From an uncultured Eubacteriales bacterium (GTDB taxonomy: Bacteria; Bacillota; Clostridia; Oscillospirales; Acutalibacteraceae), in assembly GCA_964491735.1 (NCBI GenBank), contig CAZBHG010000001.1:1-54424 (forward strand): a stretch of DNA of 54,424 nucleotides, read 5' to 3'. Below the pieces are notes generated by a model, which saw only the letters and a list, made by a program, of their open reading frames with translations, was not told the DNA's origin and ran no database searches. Below, piece by piece: positions 16,932 to 25,629 of the stretch (position 1 is the first letter of the stretch; every line of letters begins with the position of its first letter). The position numbers and the translations under genes are program-made.

Positions 16932-18305
16932 GTGAAAAAAAGAATAATTTCAGTTCCATTGCTGTTGCTTATCTGTATACAGCTTTGCGGCTGCTCATCT
17001 TTCAAATTCGCTTCAGTAGAAGAGCTTATGCGTCCTCCGAAACTGTATGGAGACAATTCGGAATTACAGGCGGCGTTTGACAACGCTGTAGGTTTAGATG
17101 TCACATTGAAAGCACCGGTTTCGGGCAACTATAAATCGGCATTTATATATTTTGACATTGATAAGGACAATGATGATGAAGCGTTCGTCTTTTATGTTGA
17201 TAACGCGGATGACAACGCAGTCAGAATGCAGGTTATGGACAAAAAGAACGGTGAGTGGGCATCAATAACCGCACTTGTCGGCTCAGGCAGCGAGGTAAAC
17301 TCAGTTGATTTTACTGATATGAACTCGGATGATATATTTGAGATTGTTGTCAGCTGGAATATACTCGAAAGCAAGGGCAACAAAATCTTTTCAATTTACA
17401 AATTTGAAGTAGGCGAAAATATTGTTGCCGCCAGCGCAATTTGTACGGAAGCTTTTACAATAATGAAAACGGTTGATATTGATGCCGACTCAGATACGGA
17501 GGTTTTTTTCATACTGCTTGATACAACTTCAGAAGTGCCGAAGTCTGTTGCAAGAGTTCTGAAAATGAATGAGGACGGTAAGCTTGCTCTGTCGGGAGAG
17601 GTTAATCTGGACGGTAATGTCAGCGGATATTCAACGATAGAGGAAGTAATCGGCAGCAAGGATGGCATATATAAACTCTACATTGATGCTTACAAGGGCG
17701 AAACGCAGATGATAACCGAAGTAATATATTGGAACAGTGAAACAAGCACCCTTGAGGCTCCTTCTTTTGATTCTCAAACACAATCAAACAGCCAGACATG
17801 GCGAAGCGTCCGGCTGCCTACATATGACATTGATGATGATGATGAGCTTGAAATACCTGTCCAAATAAAAATGAATGGCGGAGTAACCGTTGCAGGTGAT
17901 GTCAATTCGTTTTTTTATATAACAAAATGGTACAAGCTCAATGGAAAAGAATTGATTGAAGCAGAACAGAATGCTGTCAATTTTGACTGCAAATATATTG
18001 TTAATTTATCTTCAAAATGGGCGGATTCAATAACAATTTACAGCACGAAGCAGTCAAATGAATGGAAGGTATTCCTTTATGACGCGGCAAATTCAGTAAC
18101 TAAAGACTTACTGTTTACAATTGCCTGCGTAAATAAAAGCACATGGAATGAATATAAGGATGTAGAATATGTCGGATATTCGGAAGTCTTTGAAAACAGC
18201 GCAAATAAAACGGTTATTGCGGCTGCAATTACCCAATCAGGCGAGGATATGGGGCTGAGCATGGACAAGCTAAAAGAAATAATCAGTATATTTAACGTGG
18301 GGTGA
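16932..18305 (+). CDS. Putative lipoprotein with repeated acidic DxDxD (FG-GAP/Ca-binding-like) motifs
   Basis: The signal peptide and lipobox read MKKRIISVPLLLLICIQLCGC. Four acidic loops are present: FDIDKDNDDEAFVFY, FTDMNSDDIFEIVV, VDIDADSDTEVFFIL and YDIDDDDELEIPV. Confidence 0.6.
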   Translation: MKKRIISVPLLLLICIQLCGCSSFKFASVEELMRPPKLYGDNSELQAAFDNAVGLDVTLKAPVSGNYKSAFIYFDIDKDNDDEAFVFYVDNADDNAVRMQVMDKKNGEWASITALVGSGSEVNSVDFTDMNSDDIFEIVVSWNILESKGNKIFSIYKFEVGENIVAASAICTEAFTIMKTVDIDADSDTEVFFILLDTTSEVPKSVARVLKMNEDGKLALSGEVNLDGNVSGYSTIEEVIGSKDGIYKLYIDAYKGETQMITEVIYWNSETSTLEAPSFDSQTQSNSQTWRSVRLPTYDIDDDDELEIPVQIKMNGGVTVAGDVNSFFYITKWYKLNGKELIEAEQNAVNFDCKYIVNLSSKWADSITIYSTKQSNEWKVFLYDAANSVTKDLLFTIACVNKSTWNEYKDVEYVGYSEVFENSANKTVIAAAITQSGEDMGLSMDKLKEIISIFNVG

Positions 18306-18310
18306 ATTGT

Positions 18311-19015
18311 ATGAAGCGTGTTTTGGTAGCGGAGGACGAAAGCTCTATCAGAGAGTTTATTGTTATCAATTTAAAGTACAGCGGCTATGAAGTTGTTGAT
18401 GTTGCTGACGGTGCGCGTGCCTTAGAGGAGTACTTTGCGTGCAATGGTGATTTTGATATTGCCCTTCTTGACATAATGATGCCTGAATTAGACGGGCTCG
18501 AGGTCTGTAAAAGGCTCAGAAAAGAGAACACGAATATCGGCATTATTATGCTTACCGCAAAGACGCAGGAAATGGATAAGGTCAGCTGCCTTCTGATGGG
18601 TGCGGATGATTATGTTACAAAACCGTTTTCTCTTTCGGAGCTGCTCGCAAGAATTGACGCGGTTTACAGGCGCGTAGCATTAAATTCCAAGAACACGTCA
18701 AAAGCCGGAGACGGTAATGTCCTTACTTCCGGCGAGTTCGTTTTAGATTTAAGGAACCGTTCCATGACTCAGAAAGGTAAATTGATTGAACTTACTCAGG
18801 TCGAATTTCAGATAATGGAATACTTTTTTTCAAACCAGGGCGCCGCATTGAGCAGAACCAATATTCTCAAACGCGTATGGGGTACTGATAAAATTGGTGA
18901 AGAAAAAATTGTTGACGTCAACATGAGGCGCCTAAGGATGAAAATTGAAGGAGAGCCTTCATCCCCAAAGCATTTGGTAACAATCTGGGGTGTAGGATAT
19001 AAATGGATTAGTTGA
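18311..19015 (+). CDS. OmpR/PhoB-family response regulator
   Basis: The receiver domain shows VLVAEDE ... ALLDIMMP ... LTAK. The winged-helix C-terminus shows VDVNMRRLRMKIE ... IWGVGYK. Confidence 0.85.
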   Translation: MKRVLVAEDESSIREFIVINLKYSGYEVVDVADGARALEEYFACNGDFDIALLDIMMPELDGLEVCKRLRKENTNIGIIMLTAKTQEMDKVSCLLMGADDYVTKPFSLSELLARIDAVYRRVALNSKNTSKAGDGNVLTSGEFVLDLRNRSMTQKGKLIELTQVEFQIMEYFFSNQGAALSRTNILKRVWGTDKIGEEKIVDVNMRRLRMKIEGEPSSPKHLVTIWGVGYKWIS

Positions 19016-19043
19016 CGGATTTTTTTTGAAGGGTGGCGGTAAT

Positions 19044-20495
19044 ATGAATGTTGGCGGAATAACCAAAAGGTGGATAAAAAACACACTGGGTATTATTACC
19101 GTTCTGCTTGCCATCATTGCCGCTGCCTGCATTGTTTTTATTCATAATTATTATTACAGAACAGTCAAATATACGCTCATCACAAAGGACAATGATTTGG
19201 TTACAACATTTTTTGATTTGAATTCAGGCTCGGATAGGGATGCATTTACCTCAGGAGCAAGAAAGTATATTGAAGCTTTTGAAGACAAAGATTCAATGGA
19301 GGTTTGGGTCATTGATAAAAACGGAAATGTTGTTGTCACTTCAAGCGGTTTTGATGAAAGTAATATTAAGATGCCCGATTATGAAGCCGCACTTACCTCC
19401 GATATCGGCAGAGGCGAGTGGCTTGGCAGGCTGGACTCCGGCGAAAAGGTCATGACAATGACTGCCACTCTTATCGGTGACAGCGGGGAGATAAACGGCG
19501 CGGTTAGATACCTGATATCCATGGAGGATATAGATTCTCAGCTTGCATTTGTTTCTGTGATTATTTGCCTTTTCTGCCTGATGTCGATTACTCTGGTTAT
19601 TGTTTCAGGCACTTACTTTATACAGTCAATTGTCAAGCCGATACAAAGGATAAGTGAAACCGCCAAACAGATTGCAGGCGGCGATCTTGAGGCAAGAATA
19701 AAGGATTTCAAGACAGGCGATGAAATTAGTGAGTTAAGCGATACGATAAACTTCATGGCAAGCGAAATCGACGCGGCTGATAAAATGAAGAATGATTTTA
19801 TTTCGACTATTTCACATGAGCTGAGAACGCCCTTAACAGCGATTAAAGGTTGGGGAGAAACAATATTGCAGGTCGGAGACAGCGATGAGGCTTTGACAAA
19901 GCGCGGCATGGAGGTTATAATAAGTGAATCGACCAGACTGTCCGGCATTGTTGAGGAACTGCTTGATTTTTCAAGGATGCAAAACGGCAGGATAAAGCTC
20001 AGGCTTGAAAAAATCGACGTTCTTGCGGAGCTGGACGAAACGGTCTTTACTTTTAAAGACAGGGCGTTGAGAGACGGAATCGAGCTTATTTATAACGCAC
20101 CGGATTTGCCTGCACCTATGAATGGCGACCCGGCAAGAATTAAGCAGGTGTTCGTCAATATTCTTGACAACTCATTCAAATACACAGACCAGGGCGGTAA
20201 AATCGTTATCTTTTCGCAGGTAATTCATCCGGGTACGCTTGAAATAGTGATTGGAGATACCGGCTGCGGTATTTCGCCGAATGATTTGCCCAGAGTTAAG
20301 GAAAAGTTTTTTAAAGCAAATTCTTCAGTCAGAGGCTCCGGAATTGGTCTTGCCGTTGCTGATGAAATTATTAAACTGCATGGCGGGGAACTAAATGTTG
20401 AAAGCATATTGGGCGAAGGCACATCCGTTACAATTAAGCTTCCGATTGAAGTAAGCACCGCGGCTGATGAAAGGAGCAATTCTGTTGAGCAGTAA
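19044..20495 (+). CDS. Sensor histidine kinase (2 TM segments, extracytoplasmic domain, HAMP, HisKA, HATPase)
   Basis: The H-box is SHELRTPLTAIKGW, the N-box is NILDNSFKYT, and the G-boxes are DTGCGI and GSGIGLAV. Confidence 0.85.
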   Translation: MNVGGITKRWIKNTLGIITVLLAIIAAACIVFIHNYYYRTVKYTLITKDNDLVTTFFDLNSGSDRDAFTSGARKYIEAFEDKDSMEVWVIDKNGNVVVTSSGFDESNIKMPDYEAALTSDIGRGEWLGRLDSGEKVMTMTATLIGDSGEINGAVRYLISMEDIDSQLAFVSVIICLFCLMSITLVIVSGTYFIQSIVKPIQRISETAKQIAGGDLEARIKDFKTGDEISELSDTINFMASEIDAADKMKNDFISTISHELRTPLTAIKGWGETILQVGDSDEALTKRGMEVIISESTRLSGIVEELLDFSRMQNGRIKLRLEKIDVLAELDETVFTFKDRALRDGIELIYNAPDLPAPMNGDPARIKQVFVNILDNSFKYTDQGGKIVIFSQVIHPGTLEIVIGDTGCGISPNDLPRVKEKFFKANSSVRGSGIGLAVADEIIKLHGGELNVESILGEGTSVTIKLPIEVSTAADERSNSVEQ

Positions 20496-21549
20496 AAGCA
20501 AAGAAGTACAAAATAAGGTTTCCGTCGGCGGAGAGGCATTGATGGAGGGTATAATGATGAGAGGCCCCGAGGGCGCCGCAGTTGCCCTTCGTATGCCGGA
20601 CGGCAGCATCGAAACCACAATGAAAAAAGTCGTTCTTCCGAAAGACAAATTCAAACCTTTTGGCTGGCCGCTTTTGCGGGGCCCCGTCAATTTTATTGAC
20701 AATATGGTTTTCGGATATAAATGCCTCATGGAATCCGCAGAAAAAACAGGTCTTGATTTTGAGGACAACCCCGAAAACATGTCAAAGGTTGATAAATGGC
20801 TTGAAGAGCATTTCGGCCCCAAAATGATGTCCGTAATAGGCATTTTTTCCGCAATACTGGGTTTTGGTATAGCGTTTGGCCTTTTTTTCTGGATGCCGAG
20901 CTTTATTTTTGACAGTATAAACAAGGCTTCAGGTGGAGCGATCACATCATTGAGGACCGTCATTGAAGGCACAATGCGGGTCATCATCTTTGTCGCTTAT
21001 ATGGCGCTTGTTTCCATGATGAAAGATATTAAGCGTGTGTTTATGTACCACGGTGCGGAACATAAATCAATTTTCTGCTATGAAAAAGGTGAAGAGCTGA
21101 CAGTCGAAAACGTCAGGCACCAGACTCGTTTTCATCCCCGCTGCGGGACAAGCTTTATCTTTGTTATGATTATCCTGAGTATTTTGATTTCTTCAGTTAT
21201 TGCAGCTTTATTTCCCGTGCTTACTTCAAAACGCTTTATTTGGATGATTGTGAAAATTCTATTAATGCCGATAATTATGAGCATAGGATATGAATTCATT
21301 CGCTATGCAGGGAAACATGACAACCTGTTTGTAAAAATCGCTGCAGCCCCCGGCTTGTGGATGCAGAGAATCACAACAAAGGAGCCGACTGACGACATAA
21401 TTGAGGTTGGAATAGCCTCGCTGAAAGCTGCTCTGGGTATTGTTGACGAGCTACCGGATGATAAACAGACTGAAGACACAATTGTTGAAAATTCAGATAC
21501 GTTAATAATTGAGAATCCAGAGGAAACACACCTTGACAGTGACATATAA
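20485..21549 (+). CDS. DUF1385-family membrane protein (prmC-associated)
   Basis: VGGEALMEGIMMRGP, YHGAEHK and FHPRCGTSF are present. The TTG at 20485 lies 8 nt after AAAGGAG. Linkage upstream of prmC is typical. Confidence 0.8.
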   Translation: MSSKSKEVQNKVSVGGEALMEGIMMRGPEGAAVALRMPDGSIETTMKKVVLPKDKFKPFGWPLLRGPVNFIDNMVFGYKCLMESAEKTGLDFEDNPENMSKVDKWLEEHFGPKMMSVIGIFSAILGFGIAFGLFFWMPSFIFDSINKASGGAITSLRTVIEGTMRVIIFVAYMALVSMMKDIKRVFMYHGAEHKSIFCYEKGEELTVENVRHQTRFHPRCGTSFIFVMIILSILISSVIAALFPVLTSKRFIWMIVKILLMPIIMSIGYEFIRYAGKHDNLFVKIAAAPGLWMQRITTKEPTDDIIEVGIASLKAALGIVDELPDDKQTEDTIVENSDTLIIENPEETHLDSDI

Positions 21550-22381
21550 AGGGATATTAAACGAGACAATTGTAAGGTTAAGAGAAGCAGGCCTTGAGGA
21601 CTGTGAGTTTGATGCGGAATGTCTGCTTGAATTCTGCACAGGCAAGGGCAGAACATATCTTGTTTTGCACAGCACGGATGCCGCTGATGAGACAATCTCG
21701 GTTAAACTGCATGAGCTTTGCAGCAGAAGAATCAAGGGCGAGCCTCTCCAATATATTCTGGGCGAATGGGAGTTCATGGGCTTTAAGTTTTCCGTCGGCA
21801 AAGGTGTTCTTATCCCCAGGCAGGAAACCGAGCTTCTGGTTGAAACCTCTGTTGATAGAATTAAAAAAATGGATTCGCCTGTCATTTTCGACCTTTGTTC
21901 CGGCACAGGCTGCATAGGGCTCAGTGTTGCAAAGCTGTGCAGTAACAGTAAGGTATATTTACTTGAAAAATCAGACGAAGCTTTTGATTATTTATTAAAA
22001 AACAGAGAATATCACAAGTTAAACAATGCTTTTTTGGTCAAAGCTGATATTACGAAGGGCTTCGACAGTTTTGATTTGCCGCAACCCGATATAATTTTAT
22101 CAAATCCGCCTTACATTAAGCAGGATGAAATTCCGGTACTTCAAAAGGAGCTTATGCACGAGCCGTTAATGGCATTGTGCGGAGGGGCTGACGGGCTTGA
22201 CTTCTATCGCAGCCTCGTTGACCTGTGGCTACCATCAATAAAAAAAGGCGGGTATGCCGCATTCGAGTGCGGAGAAACACAGGCGAAAAATATTTGCGTT
22301 TTGGCTTCCGATATAGTACAATATTACGAAATTAAAAAGGATTTAAGCGGCATTGACAGGGTTGTGTGCTTATATTTTTAG
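21533..22381 (+). CDS. prmC: Release-factor glutamine N5-methyltransferase
   Basis: PLQYILGEWEF, FDLCSGTGCIG and the catalytic motif SNPPY are present. The start is uncertain: TTG 21533 after GAGGAAA, or TTG 21509. Confidence 0.85.
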   Translation: MTVTYKGILNETIVRLREAGLEDCEFDAECLLEFCTGKGRTYLVLHSTDAADETISVKLHELCSRRIKGEPLQYILGEWEFMGFKFSVGKGVLIPRQETELLVETSVDRIKKMDSPVIFDLCSGTGCIGLSVAKLCSNSKVYLLEKSDEAFDYLLKNREYHKLNNAFLVKADITKGFDSFDLPQPDIILSNPPYIKQDEIPVLQKELMHEPLMALCGGADGLDFYRSLVDLWLPSIKKGGYAAFECGETQAKNICVLASDIVQYYEIKKDLSGIDRVVCLYF

Positions 22382-22407
22382 CCATTTACGAAAGCGGGGT
22401 ATATCGA

Positions 22408-23088
22408 ATGCTTATTAACCTATTCCGGAGCGGTTTTTCACTTCAAACGTTAATTGGGGTTATGTCAAGTATATTTGTTGTTTTTTGCACATTGCCTATA
22501 CATGAGTATGCTCATGCCTATGTCGCAACTAAGCTTGGTGACCCGACACCCCGTTTATCAGGCAGGCTTACTCTGAACCCCATGGCTCATATTGATCCGA
22601 TGGGTGCTTTGATGATAGTGCTTGTCGGCTTCGGCTACGCAAAGCCTGTTCAGGTAAATATGAGAAATTTTAAAAACAGTAAACGGGGCATGGCTCTTAC
22701 TGCCGCCGCAGGTCCGGCAGCAAATATCATAATGGCATTTTTCTTCATAATATTGAATATCATTTTTAATATTTTTTATAGTTTAAACGGTAAATTAATT
22801 ATGGAAGTATCGGCATGGTTTTTCGATTATGCAGCGATAATCAATATTTACCTTGCGGTTTTCAACCTATTACCGATTCCTCCTCTTGACGGCTCAAGAA
22901 TTCTGAATGTTATTATTCCTTATAAGTACTACTATAAAATTATGCAATATGAGCGTTACATTGTAATTGCCGTTTTCGCTCTTTTAATATTCGGCGTATT
23001 AAATGCCCCGCTCGCTTATATTTCCGGTTTAATATATAACGGTTTGAGTTATATTGCATCCCTGCCATTTAATGCATTATTAAGTTGA
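22408..23088 (+). CDS. Site-2 protease-family (M50) membrane metalloprotease
   Basis: HEYAHAY (HExxH) lies in the first TM region and NLLPIPPLDGSRI (LDG motif) is present. Confidence 0.75.
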   Translation: MLINLFRSGFSLQTLIGVMSSIFVVFCTLPIHEYAHAYVATKLGDPTPRLSGRLTLNPMAHIDPMGALMIVLVGFGYAKPVQVNMRNFKNSKRGMALTAAAGPAANIIMAFFFIILNIIFNIFYSLNGKLIMEVSAWFFDYAAIINIYLAVFNLLPIPPLDGSRILNVIIPYKYYYKIMQYERYIVIAVFALLIFGVLNAPLAYISGLIYNGLSYIASLPFNALLS

Positions 23089-23095
23089 GGTTTTT

Positions 23096-23830
23096 ATGGA
23101 AAAGCTGTCTTATAAAATAGACGTTTTTGAGGGGCCTATGGATTTGCTGCTGTATTTAATCAGCAAACATAAGCTCAGTATAAACGATGTTCCGATTCTT
23201 GAGCTTGTCGAGCAGTATCTTAGCTATGTCCGCCAGATGCAAGATGAAAATCTGGAGGTCGCAAGCGATTTTCTTGAAATGGCGGCAAGGCTTGTCTACA
23301 TAAAAACTTTATCCTTACTGCCTGTGCATGAGGAGGCGGACAAGCTTGCCGAAGAGCTGAGAGGTGAGCTGACTGAGTATCAGGACTGCAAGCTGATTGC
23401 AAATAAGCTGTCGACGCAGGCGAACGGATTTGATTATTTATCACGAAAGCAGCTGGAATTTGAGCCTGATATGACATATACAAGAACTCATGAACCTTCT
23501 GAGCTTTTCAAGGCGTTTCTTGCGGCAGTCGGCAAGGGGAAAAGGAGACTTCCGGTGCCTGTTGAAGCTTTTTCTAATATTATTGCGCATAAAATCGTAT
23601 CTGTCGCTTCAAGGATTACATATGTACTCAACGGTTTGATGAGTAAAAGCAGGCAGAGCTTTACAGCGTTGTTTGATTCATCTGAATCACGCTCCGAAAT
23701 GGTTGCAACTTTTCTGGCTGTGCTTGCGCTCATCAAAGCCAAAAGAGTAACAGTGAGCGGCGAAGAGGATAATCCCGAGGTGAGAATCCAGACAAACAAA
23801 GAGGAGTGGACTGACATTGAGATCGAATGA
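23096..23830 (+). CDS. scpA: Segregation and condensation protein A
   Basis: FEGPMDLLLYLISKHKLSINDVPILELVEQY is the kleisin N-terminal signature. Confidence 0.9.
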   Translation: MEKLSYKIDVFEGPMDLLLYLISKHKLSINDVPILELVEQYLSYVRQMQDENLEVASDFLEMAARLVYIKTLSLLPVHEEADKLAEELRGELTEYQDCKLIANKLSTQANGFDYLSRKQLEFEPDMTYTRTHEPSELFKAFLAAVGKGKRRLPVPVEAFSNIIAHKIVSVASRITYVLNGLMSKSRQSFTALFDSSESRSEMVATFLAVLALIKAKRVTVSGEEDNPEVRIQTNKEEWTDIEIE

Positions 23831-24422
23831 GCTGCAGGCCGCCGCCGAAGCAATTATTTTTGCATCCGGCGATCCGCTTGAGATTGCGAGAATTGCCCAA
23901 GCTCTTGAGATAGATGCTGAGTATGCTGAAATTATCCTTCAGAACCTGGCTGACGAGCTTGATGCAAGGGGCAGCGGTCTTGTGCTGCTGAAGCTTGGCA
24001 ATAAATATCAGCTTTGTACAAGAACCGAATATGCAGGTCAGATAAAAACTGTACTTGATTTAAAGAGAAATACTCCGCTTTCTTCCGCGGCGTTTGAAGT
24101 GCTTGCCGTTGTTGCGTATAACCAGCCTGTCACAAAGTCGTATATTGAACAGGTCAGGGGAGTGGATTGTTCCGGTGTTATTGCAACCCTTTGCCAGAAA
24201 GGGCTTGTTGAAGAAAAGGGCAGGCTTGATTTGCCCGGCAGGCCGCTGCTGTACGGCACAACTCCCACGTTTTTGAAATGCTTCTGCATTTCTTCACTTT
24301 CCGAGCTGCCTGAGTTGCCCGAAAAAGATGAGCTTCCTAAAAAAGAGTTTGAGATTGACGGAAGCGAACAGCTTGAGATTTCACTTGATAACGATGATAA
24401 TACTAACTTTTTTGAGAGCTGA
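23817..24422 (+). CDS. scpB: Segregation and condensation protein B
   Basis: AIIFASGDPL and LSSAAFEVLAVVAYNQPVTKSYIEQVRGV are present. The TTG start overlaps the scpA end. Confidence 0.9.
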   Translation: MRSNELQAAAEAIIFASGDPLEIARIAQALEIDAEYAEIILQNLADELDARGSGLVLLKLGNKYQLCTRTEYAGQIKTVLDLKRNTPLSSAAFEVLAVVAYNQPVTKSYIEQVRGVDCSGVIATLCQKGLVEEKGRLDLPGRPLLYGTTPTFLKCFCISSLSELPELPEKDELPKKEFEIDGSEQLEISLDNDDNTNFFES

Positions 24423-24443
24423 AATCCTGAAGATGGGGTGAGG

Positions 24444-25160
24444 ATGTTGACTTTTCTTTACATATTGCTTGGAATAGTGGCATTCATCATTGCCCTGTTC
24501 TGTATTCCTGTTATAATCGTTTTGGACTATGACAAGGAGTTTCTTTTTGAAGTAAGATATCTTTTTATAAAATATAAAATCTATCCTCCGCGTGAAAAGC
24601 CTGAAGAGAAAGAGAAAAAGGAAGAGAAGGATAAGAAAAAGAAGGGCGAGGAAAAAGGCGAGGATAAGGATAAGAAGGCAAAGGATAAAAAAGAAAATCC
24701 CATAAAAACCTTTTATAAAAATCAGGGATTTGACGCCTTGCTCGATTTGATAAAATACACTGCTAAAGCTGTCGGCGGAGCATTAAAAAATATTTTCAGG
24801 GCATTTGTGTTCAGAGAGCTTTATGTTAAACTGTCGGTATCAAAGGGCGATGCGGCGCAGACAGCTTATGAGTACGGAAAGCTATGCGCTGAGGTTTTTC
24901 CCGCTATGGGGTTGATTTGCTCAAATGTCAAGGTGAAAAAATATGCTTTGGATGTCAGCCCTGATTTTATCGGCAATAATAATAAAGCTTTTTTGCATGC
25001 AAAAATCTCTGTTATGCCGATTAAACTCACAAACGCGGTTATTGCGCTCGCATTCAAGCTTTTGTTTAAGGTATTGTTAAAGGTCCTTTTCAGCAACATA
25101 AAAAGTCAATCAAAAAAACAGAAATCTGAAATCAAACAAACTACTGAAAGGCGGAATTAA
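24444..25160 (+). CDS. DUF2953 / YtfI-like sporulation membrane protein
   Basis: It has an N-terminal TM segment, a KE-rich linker, and a conserved C-terminal half. It lies immediately upstream of a GerW/YtfJ homologue. Confidence 0.6.
   Translation: MLTFLYILLGIVAFIIALFCIPVIIVLDYDKEFLFEVRYLFIKYKIYPPREKPEEKEKKEEKDKKKKGEEKGEDKDKKAKDKKENPIKTFYKNQGFDALLDLIKYTAKAVGGALKNIFRAFVFRELYVKLSVSKGDAAQTAYEYGKLCAEVFPAMGLICSNVKVKKYALDVSPDFIGNNNKAFLHAKISVMPIKLTNAVIALAFKLLFKVLLKVLFSNIKSQSKKQKSEIKQTTERRN
24604..24697 (+). repeat. Polypurine low-complexity tract encoding a Lys/Glu-rich linker
   Basis: I counted 87 purines in 94 nt (GAAGAGAAAGAGAAAAAGGAAGAGAAGGATAAG...). The tract encodes EEKEKKEEKDKKKKGEEKGEDKDKKAKDKKE. 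Confidence 0.8.
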
Positions 25161-25162
25161 AA

Positions 25163-25573
25163 ATGAAAGAACAGTCAGCCTCAGGAATTCTCGGTACAGC
25201 AATTGAAAAAATCAGAGATTTAGTTGATGTTAGCACAATTATCGGCAATCCAATCGAATCGGGCGGTGTCACAATCATTCCCGTTTCAAAAGTAACATAT
25301 GGCTTCGCTTCAGGCGGTTCCGACTTCCCGTCAAAGGCCAACACAGATCTTTTCGGCGGCGGCGGCGGAGCAGGGATAACAATCAACCCTGTTGCTTTTA
25401 TTGTTATCAATAACGGCGAAGTTTCCATTAAGCATATAGCTGTTGAGGAAAATTCGGCAGAACGTATTATTGGCATGGTCCCTGATATCGTCGATAAGGT
25501 GTCTGAATTAATTAAGAAATATATTAAGAAAGACGAAGATGCGCCTGAAAACAGTGATATAATCGAGCAATAA
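25163..25573 (+). CDS. GerW/YtfJ-family sporulation protein
   Basis: VSTIIGNPIESGGVTIIPVSKVTYGFASGGSDF and GGGGGAGITINPVAFIV are present. Confidence 0.8.
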   Translation: MKEQSASGILGTAIEKIRDLVDVSTIIGNPIESGGVTIIPVSKVTYGFASGGSDFPSKANTDLFGGGGGAGITINPVAFIVINNGEVSIKHIAVEENSAERIIGMVPDIVDKVSELIKKYIKKDEDAPENSDIIEQ

Positions 25574-25629
25574 TATAATTAATGAGTAGCCGCCTGCATA
25601 TTAATTCTTATAGGCAGGTGGTTACTTTG

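Noticed and set aside
20391-20987. 198-aa antisense ORF overlapping the HK 3' end and the DUF1385 5' region
   Set aside because: It is a shadow ORF opposite two strongly supported + strand genes. It has no family motifs and no RBS. The same reasoning applies to other long antisense ORFs: 9468..9941, 26994..27608, 31666..32343, 47209..47766 and 14973..15491.
24590-24710. Repetitive-looking GA-rich region considered as a CRISPR-like or tandem repeat array
   Set aside because: It has no repeat-spacer periodicity. It is an in-frame polypurine tract encoding a KE-rich linker within the ytfI-like gene.
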